NCBI GenBank assembly: GCA_016748015.1
Contig: JAAOMT010000303.1
Coordinates: 992,001 to 1,056,000, forward strand
Length of the DNA: 64,000 bases
Direction of reading: 5' to 3'
Source of the DNA: Geosiphon pyriformis uo1
Taxonomy: Eukaryota; Fungi; Glomeromycota
Position numbers and translations under genes: made by a program
Shown here: piece after piece, positions 1 to 10,881 of the stretch
Layout of the letters: the number at the start of each line of letters is the position of its first letter
How positions within the stretch are numbered: position 1 is the first letter of the stretch
The notes under the pieces: generated by a model
The model's input: only the letters and a program-made list of their open reading frames with translations
Database searches by the model: none
What the model was told of the DNA's origin: nothing

Positions 1-176
1 ATCTTCCAAAAAATTTTTCCAATAAAGCTATATATCATTTGTTTTTGTATAGTTTAAAGTTTTTTGAACAGATATAAATAAAAGCCAAGGTAGCTGCTAA
101 AATTTTTGGCTAATTGTTTAGGCATTTTGTTTTAAATTTGCAAATTTTAGAATGGATGCTTCTAAATTTTTTGCAG

Positions 177-933
177 TATTATAGGTAATTATTTAGGGTT
201 TTAAATCAAATAACAAACCTGTAACTTGGTATTCAATAGCTGTAATTGATAGTAATGTCTAAAGGTTTTACAATCTGAAGGTTTTGGTTGAGTTTTTCAT
301 ATAATAAACAGAGATTTAATGGTGTGCAATTCTTTTGTGATGAGTTTCCCAATTTTTTTTTTCAGCTTAATGGCCAATTTATTTTGGCAGTTGTGCCCTT
401 CTGATAAGCTATCCAAATTTTCACTCTGTATTTTTCTATTCAGGTTTTTTACCAGACTATCCATGATGTCAATAACTTAGTATTTAATCTTTAATCAACT
501 AGTATACAACAATAAAATATTACAGTAAAGAAAAATAATGAAGAAATAAAGAAATTAGCCAAGACAATTATGTTAGTATCTCATTAATAGTCATGATCAA
601 GAGCTATTGTTCTAATGTGATTAAGTATTAAATACTATCAACATAAAGTGTTGATAGTAGAAAGAGTAGTTTAAATAATAAATAATTATTTATTGATATT
701 AATAATTCCAATAAAAATGTGGTAATAGGAAAATCTTGGTAATAATTTTGTCTTTTTTACTTCTAACACTCTTACTATATATACATAATTTAGATTCTAT
801 GAGATTGTTTACATTCCCAAGCAATGTGTTATAATTTCTTAAGCAATATGCTCATGTGCTAACTACTACTTTCCTATTGGTTTATCTGTTTTTTTTACTA
901 TTTTTTCTTTATATATTTTCTTTATAAATAATA
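177..933 (-). repeat. 3' LTR of E1
   Basis: Direct repeat of 10100-10881; adjacent purine tract on the minus strand (AAAAGGAAGAGATAA). Confidence 0.92.
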
Positions 934-939
934 TTATCT

Positions 940-1560
940 CTTCCTTTTAATATTGAACTCTGTTGAAATTTTCACTTTGAATTAAGTTTAATACTTTTTT
1001 TTCTAATACTGTTTGTTTAATTTTGTTTCTTATATGTTCAATTTGCACGTTGTTTATTCTTTTCTATTGGTTAATAGTAATTGTCTTTATGTCAGGATGT
1101 AACAATATTTTTGAGTAATTTTGAAATATCATATGTAGTCAATATATTGTTCTAATGTGCAATATTAAAATTGTTTTCTTTCTGATAATATTTTTAATAT
1201 TTTGTATTATTTCTTAATTGAATATTTTTTTGGTTTTATCAAGATATAATTTCTGAATGTTCAACTTTTGTCCCAACTAATAGTAGCAGTATAGTATTGG
1301 AAGTTGTTTTGTTTATTGTTTTTAATTTTCTTTTGAAAGTTTTTCTGTTAAAACTATGCTAGGTATTTTTCCAAAAGTGTTCTTTACTTTCTCTACTATT
1401 TTATCTGACCAGCTTATTGATTGTTTCTGTGGTCACTGGTATGGTGTATTTTTTTTGTTTTTGTTTGGTGTTTCAATAACAAATTGTTTGGTGGTATTAC
1501 CGGAGGTTTTTGATCTCTTTTCTTGAATGTTGTAACTGTCTGTTGGTTGCAAATTCACGT
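940..1560 (-). pseudogene. Extra 3' ORF (ORF3) remnant of E1, unknown function
   Basis: Broken reading frame ending at the PPT; alignable by eye to 54660-55316 (E3) and 33760-34070 (E4). The 5' boundary is approximate. Confidence 0.55.
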
Positions 1561-2142
1561 TTTCTAGAAGTAGTTGAACCTCCAATAACTGAATTTATCT
1601 TAAAATTATCTCCTATAATTTGAATTGCTGGGCTTATAAGTGAAATGGCCAATTCCTTGCCAGTTACTTTATGTAGTTACGTTGTAGTAAATGTCAACTC
1701 TTTCTCAGGAATTGCTCATTTGGAAGCTCACTAAAAATGTGTAGTTACTTTGCTGTGAAAGTCAACTCTTCTACAGGAATTTCATCTGTAGGCTACCCTA
1801 ATAATTGTAATAAGAAAAGAAAAAAAAAATAAAAGAAATGTAAAAGAAATAGGATTTTATCAAGGGAAACGTTTTCTATCCAGGCCTGGAGTCACTAACA
1901 GTTTACTGAAATTGGTAGCTAATCAATTTCAAAACGTTAGTTGGGTTTTGAGGATTTTCCAAGTGCAATAATTAAAGAATTTGGTTTTTCGAATTATTTG
2001 ATATTTATTTCTTTTTGTGTGTGTAGGAATGGTTCTAAGTGATAAATCTAAAGTAAAATACATTTTCTTGAAGAGAAAAGCTCTTTTTTTATACAACAAG
2101 TTGTAGTACTAGTCTATGAACTTGCACTTTTTCTCTTTGCTT

Positions 2143-2283
2143 AAATTTCGGCAAACTAAAGATACATTTTGATGAACTACAAGTTATTTCGCTGAACTAT
2201 TGATTAATTTGGATAAACTATTCATAATTTCGGCGAATTTCTATAAATTTCGGCGAATTTTATATAAATTTTGGCGAATTTTA
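2143..2283. repeat. Tandem array of ~7 imperfect 20-21 bp units (consensus ~AATTTCGGCGAATTTCTATA)
   Basis: Visible directly; several units keep their CpGs. Confidence 0.85.
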
Positions 2284-2639
2284 GAATGTTACAAAGTTCA
2301 GGGTATTGTGTAATTTGATCATCTTACTTTCTGTTGTACTAATTGGATTATTAATTGAATCGTGATATGTGATAAATTGATTAAATAATAAGTGATAATT
2401 TGAAATGATATTAATATACTAATTAATTATAGGGATTATAAGGGTAATTTCATGCTAATTACTAGCTAAAATTCTACTGGTAATAGTGGTTAATAACAAT
2501 TTCCATGTTTAATTGCTGTTGACTTAAGGCTTAGAACAATTGTTGAGTTAAGGTGTGAATATGATCTGGTATTTCTATTTTTTTTGTTGCTTTTGTTGTA
2601 TATATCATGTCTTTATATACTCTTTTGATTGTTCAATTT

Positions 2640-4014
2640 GACATGTTTGGTTCAATAATTATGACTGGTTCCAATCTTGTGAAATCTTATTTGGTTGGAT
2701 TAGTATTTATTGTACTCTCAATTGTGGAATATTATTGGTGAATGATGATACTATATAGTAATATGGTTTCAGTCAATCACCATGTGTTACTTTGGTTAAG
2801 ATTTTGTTGTTCTATCTTAATTTATAAGCTTTATTTCCTAGAATTTCTTCTATGTAAAATAGTCTATTCTATTTGAAGTCAAATTTTTCACTTCATTGTT
2901 TTTCTGCTTTGATACAATATAAAAGTACTTTGTCTTTAATTTTGAATTCAACTGGTTTATTTAGTAGTTGGTTATCATGTCTTTTTTTTTGTTTTTCTTG
3001 TGACTTCTAAATATTATCAACTGCTTTTTGTCATTTGTTTTTTAGTGTTTTTATTAAGTCATATGTTCTTCTCAACAATGTTTCTTGAAAATTGTCTTTT
3101 GTTATTGGTTCAGTTGAATACATGCTGACTTTTATCTCTACTGATAATATTGCTGTTTTACCATATACTAATTCAAATGGTTTTGTTTGTGTAGTTTCTT
3201 GGTTTATTGTCCAATAAGTAAATAATACTAATGGTATAAACAAATCTCATTTATCTTGATTTTCTTGGCTGATTTTGGCAATTGCTTCACACAATGTTCT
3301 ATTGAATCTTTCAACTAAGCTGTTGGTTTATGGATGATATGGTAATGATAATGGTTTTTTGATTTTAAATATTTAACTTAATTCTGCTAATGTTCTATTC
3401 ACAAAGTGAGTTTTTTGGTTAGATAATAATTCTTTTGAGCATTCATATCAACAAATTAAATCTTAATGAATGAATTTGGTAATGGATTTTGCATTTGTTT
3501 TTTAAATGGCTTTTGCTTTTAGCCACTTAGTAAGATAATCTATGGCTACTGCAATATATCTGTTTCCTTTACTAGTTATTGTTAATGGTCTGACTAAATC
3601 AATTCTAATACAATCAAATGGTTGTCCCACTTTGATTGGTCTTAGTAGTTTGCTTGGTCTTGTTCTTTCTCTTCTCTGACATGCATCACAATTTTGAACA
3701 TATTGGATGATATCTGAATACATTGATGGCCAATAGTATTTTTTTCTGGTTTTTTCTATGGTTGCTTTTTTGTGAAAATGTCTTGCTGTTAAATTAGAGT
3801 GCATGTTGAATAATATTGTTTCTTTCTCTGGTTCTGTAATTACTCTGGTTGGTTGATCTGGATTCTTTTTGTTTTTTCAATAAAGTATATTTTGGTGAGT
3901 GATAAAATATTTAGACTGTTGTTTGATATAATTTTGTTCCTTTTGAGATAATTTTTTCTTGAACTGTTGAGTATTTATAAAATATTGAAGTTGTTAATAA
4001 TTTTGTGTATTCAT
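2640..4014 (-). pseudogene. Integrase of E1 (HHCC zinc finger, DDE core, GPY/F region)
   Basis: MHSNLTARHF...YYWPSMYSDI...CDACQRR; IDLV; GNRYIAVAIDYLTKW; PFELVYG. Multiple stop codons. Confidence 0.9.
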
Positions 4015-4044
4015 TTTTTGTTATATTTTTGGATTAAAATGTTT

Positions 4045-5450
4045 TTAGATTTGTTTTATTTATAACAAACTGTCAGCATTTCTGTTTTTTTTTCTTTTTT
4101 TGTAGTATATGGTATATTTAAATGGTAAAAGTTTTATTTTCTATTAAGCATAATAGTCATCTCCAAATTTTTGTTTTTGGATTGATGTCAATTCTTTGTG
4201 ATTAGTATATATGTCAAATTTCTGGCTTAAGTATTTCTTCTATTTTATAACTGCACAATAAATAGCTAAATGTTCCAATGCTGGTATTCTATAATTCTTT
4301 TCTGCTGGACTCAAACTTTGGCTGGCATATGTAACTGGATGTTCTTATCTATCTGGTTCTTTTTGCAATAGTATAGCTCTCAATGCTTGATTTGATGCAT
4401 TTGTAATGATAATGAATGGCTTGCTGTAATTTTAATAGATTAATACTGGAGCTTGGATGAGTTTTTTTTTTAAAGTGTCAAAAGCTTCTTGTTGTTCTCC
4501 AGTCTATTTGTATTTCACATTTCTGGCTTAAAACTGGTAGAGTGGTTGAGCCAGTTTGGAAAAGTCTTTAATGAAGTAGTAATAGTAACCTGCAAATCCC
4601 AAAAATGCTCTTAGTTCTGTCAAGTTGATTGGTACTGGAAAGTTTTTGACTATTTTGATTTTTTTTGGATCCATTTTGATGCCATCTTTGCTTATGACAT
4701 GTCCCAAAAACTTGAGTTCAATTTTTCTAAAGAAATACTTAGTTGCATTTAATTTTAATCCAGCTTTTCTTAGTCTTTCAAATACTTGTTGGAGATGGTA
4801 CAAATGATCATTAAATGTCTTAAAGAACATATTGATATTATCTAGATATATGATTACTAATTTTCATAGCAGTTTAGTATAGACAATTTCTATAAACTAT
4901 TGAAATGTGACTAAAGTATTTATCAAGCCAAATAGCATTACTTCAAACTCAAAATTTCCCTCTCTTGTTGTAAATGCAGTCTTCTCTTTATTGGCTAAAT
5001 TCATGGCTATTTGCTAATAATCACTGTTTAGATCTAATGTTGAGAATCATTTCTTTCCTCTAAAAGCATTGAATAATTTTTGAATCCATGAAGTTGAGTA
5101 ACTGTTTTTACAAGTTATTCTATTAAGTTTTCTGTAATCCACACAAAAGTGGATCTTTCTATTCTTTTTATGGATTAGTACCACTGGTAACAACCATGGA
5201 CTTATTGATGATTGAATTAATATGTTGTCTAATATCTGATTGATCTCTTGTTGGATGATTTTATGACTTGCTAATAGTACTTGATATGCTTTTTGTTTGA
5301 TTGACATTACATCTCCAGTCTTGATCTGATGTTGGATTATGTTAGTTCTGCCAAATTTATTTTTACTGGCAAAGATGTCATTGAAGTTGTTAAGTAATAT
5401 CTTAAGCTGCATATGTTGTAGTAAGTCTAAATTTCCCAAGTTCATCTGTT
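4045..5450 (-). pseudogene. Reverse transcriptase and RNase H of E1
   Basis: SPWLLPVVLI, FCVDYRKLN, YLDN (decayed YLDD), FLGHVIS, LRAFLGFAGYY, TNAS (TDAS), NADSL. Confidence 0.92.
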
Positions 5451-5879
5451 CTAATTGTTCTGGTTAAAGCAGATAACATTTTTCTTGTCCGTATATTGTT
5501 TGTGATATAATATTTACATATTCACACAGTTGTAGAAAGTTTAAAATGGTGTTTGGTAGTTGTTTTTCAACTTTAGTGCTTAAATATTCAATGGTAGTTT
5601 CTTTTGGTATTTCAATAACATCTCCTGTTATGTTGTAGATGGAAATTTTGATGTGGTTCTTGTTTTTGGCTAGTATGTAAAGATTGGTAAGCCCAATCTC
5701 TCCTGATTTGTAAATGGTTGGTTCTGCTTCAAAAATCTATGTCTGATCCTTTACTTTTCTTTCTTATATTAACATATATTTGTTATATAGTGGAATGGAA
5801 ACTGATTGATAGATGAAGATAATTTTTCTCTTGTCAACAATTTTTTTTTCTGCCATATTAACTGGTATGTCTATTCTAT

Positions 5880-6270
5880 CTGTGGATCCGAATTCACTTA
5901 TCTCTCTAGCTGTAATTCCTAATTTTTCTCTTTTTCCTATTAATACTAACTGAGTTATCTTAACCAGAGGTAAGAATATTGCTTATGCTATCTTTTTATT
6001 TGGCTCTATAATATAGGTCTTTTCTGAGTTATTTTGTAGCATTACAATGATATTTCCTATATATCTTGTATCAATTATTCCTCCTCTAATATTGATTCCT
6101 TTTTTTGCTAAACTATTCCTAAATGCTAATGGAACCATTGTTGTTGTTAGAATTTCTAGGGCTACTTTTAGATTAATACATATGCACAAATGTGGTTCTA
6201 ATTTAATAGCATCTTCTCCTGAATATCTCAGATCAAACCTTGTATTAGCATCATGTGCCCATTTTGGCAT
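5880..6270 (-). pseudogene. dUTPase domain in pol of E1
   Basis: All five trimeric dUTPase motifs in order, decayed: RFDL (I), FRNSLA (II), GGIIDTRYIG (III), KKIA* (IV), ARE-ISEFGST (V). Confidence 0.88.
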
Positions 6271-7399
6271 AATATCTTCATTATTATTGCTAAATTATTT
6301 AAGTTTCTGCTTTTTGGTGAGGTTAGAAAACATGATATATTGTTTTGAATTTGAATTTGAATCTGAATTATTGTTATTTTCATTGTCATTTTGAACAGAG
6401 CTGGAACTATTGTTTTCATTGTCATTATTGTCAAAGTTTGAATTAGAATTGAATGTTGATTCTGCTTCTGATGCACAGCTGCTAATTGGTTCATCTTTTT
6501 TTGAAATTGTGTAGATTATGTATGGTAGTGGATTGTAAATAAGATCACACTCATTACAATATTGAAAGTCACATGAAATCAAACAGTAGTCACATAGTTG
6601 GGTGTTTAGTTGTTCTAACTATTGCTCTTGCTCTTCTCAGGTGGGTGCTAAGTCTTGATAATATTTATAGAATTGTTCTGAGTTCATATTGTCAAAGACA
6701 ATATTGGAGTTTAGAGTTCACTTGAGTTTTATGAGTTCTGGCAAGTTATTTTTGATTTTTTCTTTTGATGCATTTTCTATTTTAGTAAAAACCATTTGCC
6801 AGATTTTGTTGTCATTATGTGGACAACTATCTAAACATTTTACCATTTTTCTCTAAGCAGTGTTTATTAGTGTTCTTTTACATATCCAATCATTGATTAG
6901 AATCATGTATTGACATGATTTATTGCATGTTTCTTTTCTTCCAGAAATGTTGTTCCACATTTTTTTGTTGAGAAGAGTTTTTTCACAAGCCAGACATAGT
7001 TTGTTGTCCTATTTTTCTTGCCTTTTTGGTCATCCAAACCATTCTAAGATGCATGAATGGCAATAAAACTTTGTTGCTATTGGTCATTTCTCATTGTCAC
7101 CATAGCATGCACTTATTAATGACAATTTCTTGCTACAATCAATACATATAAGCTTTGGTTAGCAATAGTGTAGCTGTTGTTATAGTGTATAAATATAGGG
7201 TATATATGTGGAGATAGTGGCTTGTACTGGCTCTTTTTTTTTCTCCTTGTCTTTTCTTTTTCCTTTTTCTTCTCAGATTAAGATTGGTAGCAGCTTATTA
7301 TGGTCATTATCAGCCCACAAGACTTGGTAGGCTTCTCAGGTAGGTTTGTTTACTTCTTCTTTCTCGAATTCTATTAGTGGTGTTAGCATGGTAGTGATT

Positions 7400-7953
7400 T
7401 TAAAATGACTGCAAGTGGCAAGTACTCATGTGTGCTAATTATTTTGGCTGAATTGTAATTTTTGAGTGGTCTAATTGAATATGGCATTTGTTTTGAACAG
7501 CCAATTATTACCAACAAGAGCTTAGTACTAGGTGGCTTCTATTACCAACACTTTGATAAAGATAATAATATTATTAACTTTAAAAAAGAAGTCATTAATT
7601 TTACCAATAGAGATTTTGGTTGCCCTATTGGCTATAATAATGCTGTCTGCTGACCTATTATCAAAGATCAGTTTGATAGGGTGGCCATCAACTTTTACAT
7701 CAGTGTACATGGCAGTGATTAATTTGGTATTAAAAACAGCTCCACTAAATAGAGATGTTGTTGCTGGTTTATTGAATTTAAAGGAAAAAATAGCTTCTAA
7801 TGAATCATTGTTAGTAACAGTTGCTGGTAGAATGTTGCTAATAAGTGGCTGCTTTTGGTTGGGCTTTGGCTTGTTGAGTAAAGTGTCTTTTGGGCTAATT
7901 AGAAGACTTAAATAGTTCTGGGAATTCAAGTTTTGGGCATACACATTTTCCAA
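7400..7953 (-). pseudogene. Aspartic protease of E1
   Basis: VKVDGHPIKLIFDNRSA (decayed LILDSGS); the same motif is in E3 and E4. Confidence 0.8.
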
Positions 7954-7999
7954 ACTCTAAGAATGTAATCCTGATGCTTGGTTGAAAGAACTAAGAATT

Positions 8000-10060
8000 A
8001 ATTTGTGGACTACTATTGCTGATCTCCAATTTTGTTGGGTTATTCTGAGTCTTTGGTTTACTAATAACATTGGAGCTGAGTTTTGTGGTGGTGTTTGAAG
8101 TTGTTGGAGTTGATAAATTTTTTGTAGCTGCAGCTAATAAATGATTAATACTGAAGACTAATAGATTGAAGGTTGATTATTTGACTGCTGTGTTACTGGT
8201 AGGTAATTCGATTAATATGGTTTTGAATTTGGTTAATAATTTGGAATTTGGAACCAGCAATTGGAGTTTTGATATTGATTTCTCAATCATTAATCATTTA
8301 AGCAATTGTGGCAGTTAATCTGTAGGTGTCTTTGTTTATTACAATAGTGGCAACTATGCATTTCAGTTTGCCACTATTAATTAGTAGACAATAATGAACA
8401 TGTTTGATTTTGGGAACAATTTGTGTTTCCTTGATTATTGTATCATTGTAGAAGTTGATAAATTGCTTAATTGTTAGCTAAGTATTCTTCTAATTTTTGG
8501 TTGATAGAATCACTGAATTGTTACAACCTAAAGTTCAATTCAGATGATCCATTCATTACTAAATTTATGGTTTAGGCATGATTGACTTCTAATTTGGCAG
8601 CTTCAAAATCTCTGGTGTGGGTAACTGTGGCTTGAAGATTAGCTAGATGTAATAGGCATATGTATTGCAGAATAATGCTGTGTAATCCATAAATGAATTG
8701 ATTCAAAATTTGGGCTATGGTAAAATAATTAACATCAATGACTTGGATTTAACACAAGTTTTTGTGAAAGCATTCCAAATAAGTAGTAACTGTTTCTGTG
8801 TCTTCTTACTTAATAGTGGTAAATATATTAGCCAAGCAATTAATGCTGTTGTTGTTGCTAAAATATCTTAGAAATTCTAGCTTGAATGCATCAAACATTT
8901 GGGGTTTTTGGGCCAAATTTTAATATCACAAGTTAGTGGTATTTTGGAGAAAATATAGAATTGCTTGAAGAGCTTTGACATCATTCCAGTTATTAGCCAT
9001 AATTGCTTTAATGATGTCATTTAACCAAGCTTGGGCATTATTCTCTTTACCAGTAAATTTCTTTAATTTTGCAATTGGTGCATATGCCATTAATGCTGCA
9101 ATTTGTTGCTGTTATTGTAGCAGTTGTTGAGGTGGTTGTTGCAATGGTTGAAGTGGTTGTTACAGTTGTTAATAAGGTGGTATTGGCTGCTGTAGTAGTT
9201 CAGCAACTGACTTAATTGGTGGTTGATTGGTCATAATTACTGGAGGTAAGTTTTGTTAATTATTAATTTTGGGGTTTAGATCATTCTGATTTTGCTGAGT
9301 TTGATTAATTGGAGTTCCAATTTCTGGATTTTCTAGGATTAAATTTTGGTAATTAAATTCTTGATTCTCATTTTCCTTTTCTTCTGATTCCATTATTTCC
9401 CAAGAATTAGCTGTTCTGAAATCTGGTTGCAGTAGTGGTGATTGAAATTTTAATGGTGTTGGCAATTGGGATTTAAATTCTTTAAAATACTTACCATATG
9501 TTTTTAATAGATTGGCTTTTAATTGTTTACTTTGAAATAATATCCTGACCAATGGTGTTTTTGCATCTGATGTAGACACACTTGCTAATGAGATGTTGAT
9601 AGTGCTTCCAGATGTATAGTGGTATGATGGATTGATTAGTAACTCAAGTCTTGTTTTCTTCTAAGTGGGTGGTTGTATTCTTTAAAGTGTTACTATTGAT
9701 GTTTATAGTTTTTTTTTGCTTTTGTTTGTGTAAGTGATTGGATATCTTTGTTGAGTGTAATTTTCAATTTCCTTATTGATTTTAGTGAGGATTGCTGTGA
9801 AGTTATAATTTACTAGTAAGCTGGTATTTTGGATTAATTCATTGTAAAAATTTCTTTTTACTGAGTCAATTTCTACTGGTACTCTTAACAAATATGAGAT
9901 TTTTTTATTGACATAGAAATTGAAAACTAATTTTGCTAATAAATGGTTGTTGGTTAATTCCAAGTGTTGACAATAATGCTAAAATAAAGATTTGACAAAT
10001 TTTAAATAGTTTGTCCTTATTCTTTCTAATTTTGCCACTTTTGAATAGTTGTATTAGTGC
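8000..10060 (-). pseudogene. gag of E1 (capsid-like domain, Q/P-rich tract, CCHC knuckle)
   Basis: AYAPIAKLKKFTG...AQAWLND capsid-like motif at ~9020-9090; CCHC knuckle at ~8310-8352; ORF remnants 9256-9579 and 9703-9963. Confidence 0.8.
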
Positions 10061-10080
10061 TGGTTTTTTATAGAATTATA

Positions 10081-10097
10081 CCTTACAAAGAGCACCA
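10081..10097 (-). promoter_or_regulatory. Primer binding site of E1
   Basis: TGGTGCTCTTTGTAAGG on the minus strand, 2 nt from the 5' LTR; two transitions away from the E2/E3 PBS. Confidence 0.85.
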
Positions 10098-10099
10098 AA

Positions 10100-10881
10100 T
10101 ATTACAAGTAATTATTTGGAATTTCAAATCAAATAACAAATCTATAACTTGGTGCTTAATAACTGTAATTAATGGTAATATCTGAAGATTTTGGTTGAGT
10201 TTTTTATATAATAAACAGAGATTTAATGATGTGTAATTTTTTTGTAATGAGTTTTCCAATTTTTTTTTTCAACTTGGTGGCTGGTTTATTCTGACAGTCA
10301 TGCCTTTCTGGTAAGCTATCCAAATTCTCACTCTGTATCCTTCTATTTAGGTCTTTTACCAAGCTATCTGTAATGTCAATAACTTAGCATTTAATCTTTA
10401 ATCAACTAGTATACAACAATAAAATATCACAGTAAAGAAAGATAATGAAAAAATAAAAAAATTAGCCAAGACAATTATGTTAGTATCTCATTAATAGTTA
10501 TGATCAAAAACTATTGTTCCAGTATGATTAAGTATTAGATACTATTAACATAAAGTGTTAATAGTGGAGAGAGTAGTTTAGATAATAAATAATTATTTAT
10601 TGATATTGATAATTCCAATAGAGATGTGGTAATAAGAAGATCTTGGTAATGATTCTGTTTTTTTTGTTTCTAATGCTTTTGCTATATATACATAATTTAG
10701 GTTCTAGGAGATTGCTTATATTCTCAAGTAATGTGCTATAATTTTTTGAGTAATGTGTTCTAATTTTTTAACATTGCTCCATATTGCTAAATAATATGCT
10801 TACATGCTAATTACTACTCTTCTATTAATCTATCTGTTTTTTTTACTATTTTTTTTTTATATATTTTCTTTATGAGTAATA
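10100..10881 (-). repeat. 5' LTR of E1
   Basis: Direct repeat of 177-933, next to the PBS. Confidence 0.92.

Larger units (their letters stand above)
177..10881 (-). mobile_element. Ty3/Gypsy LTR retrotransposon E1, full length but degenerate: gag-PR-Cys-rich-dUTPase-RT-RH-IN-extra 3' ORF
   Basis: Direct LTRs 177-933 and 10100-10881 (decayed TGTTACA...TAACA ends), 4-bp TSD GCAG/GTAG, PBS 10081-10097, PPT 934-950. Zinc knuckle CHYCNKQRHLQINC at ~8310-8352. RT fragments (FCVDYRKLN 5047-5445; FLGHVIS 4528-4830) and IN fragments (3502-3804, 3031-3243). Confidence 0.95.

Noticed and set aside
2143-2283. CRISPR-like array
   Set aside because: Units are head-to-tail 20-21-mers with no unique spacers, there are no cas genes, and the context is eukaryotic.
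7930-8040. Frameshift site at the E1/E3/E4 gag-pol junction
   Set aside because: Too decayed to identify a consistent slippery heptamer among the three copies.
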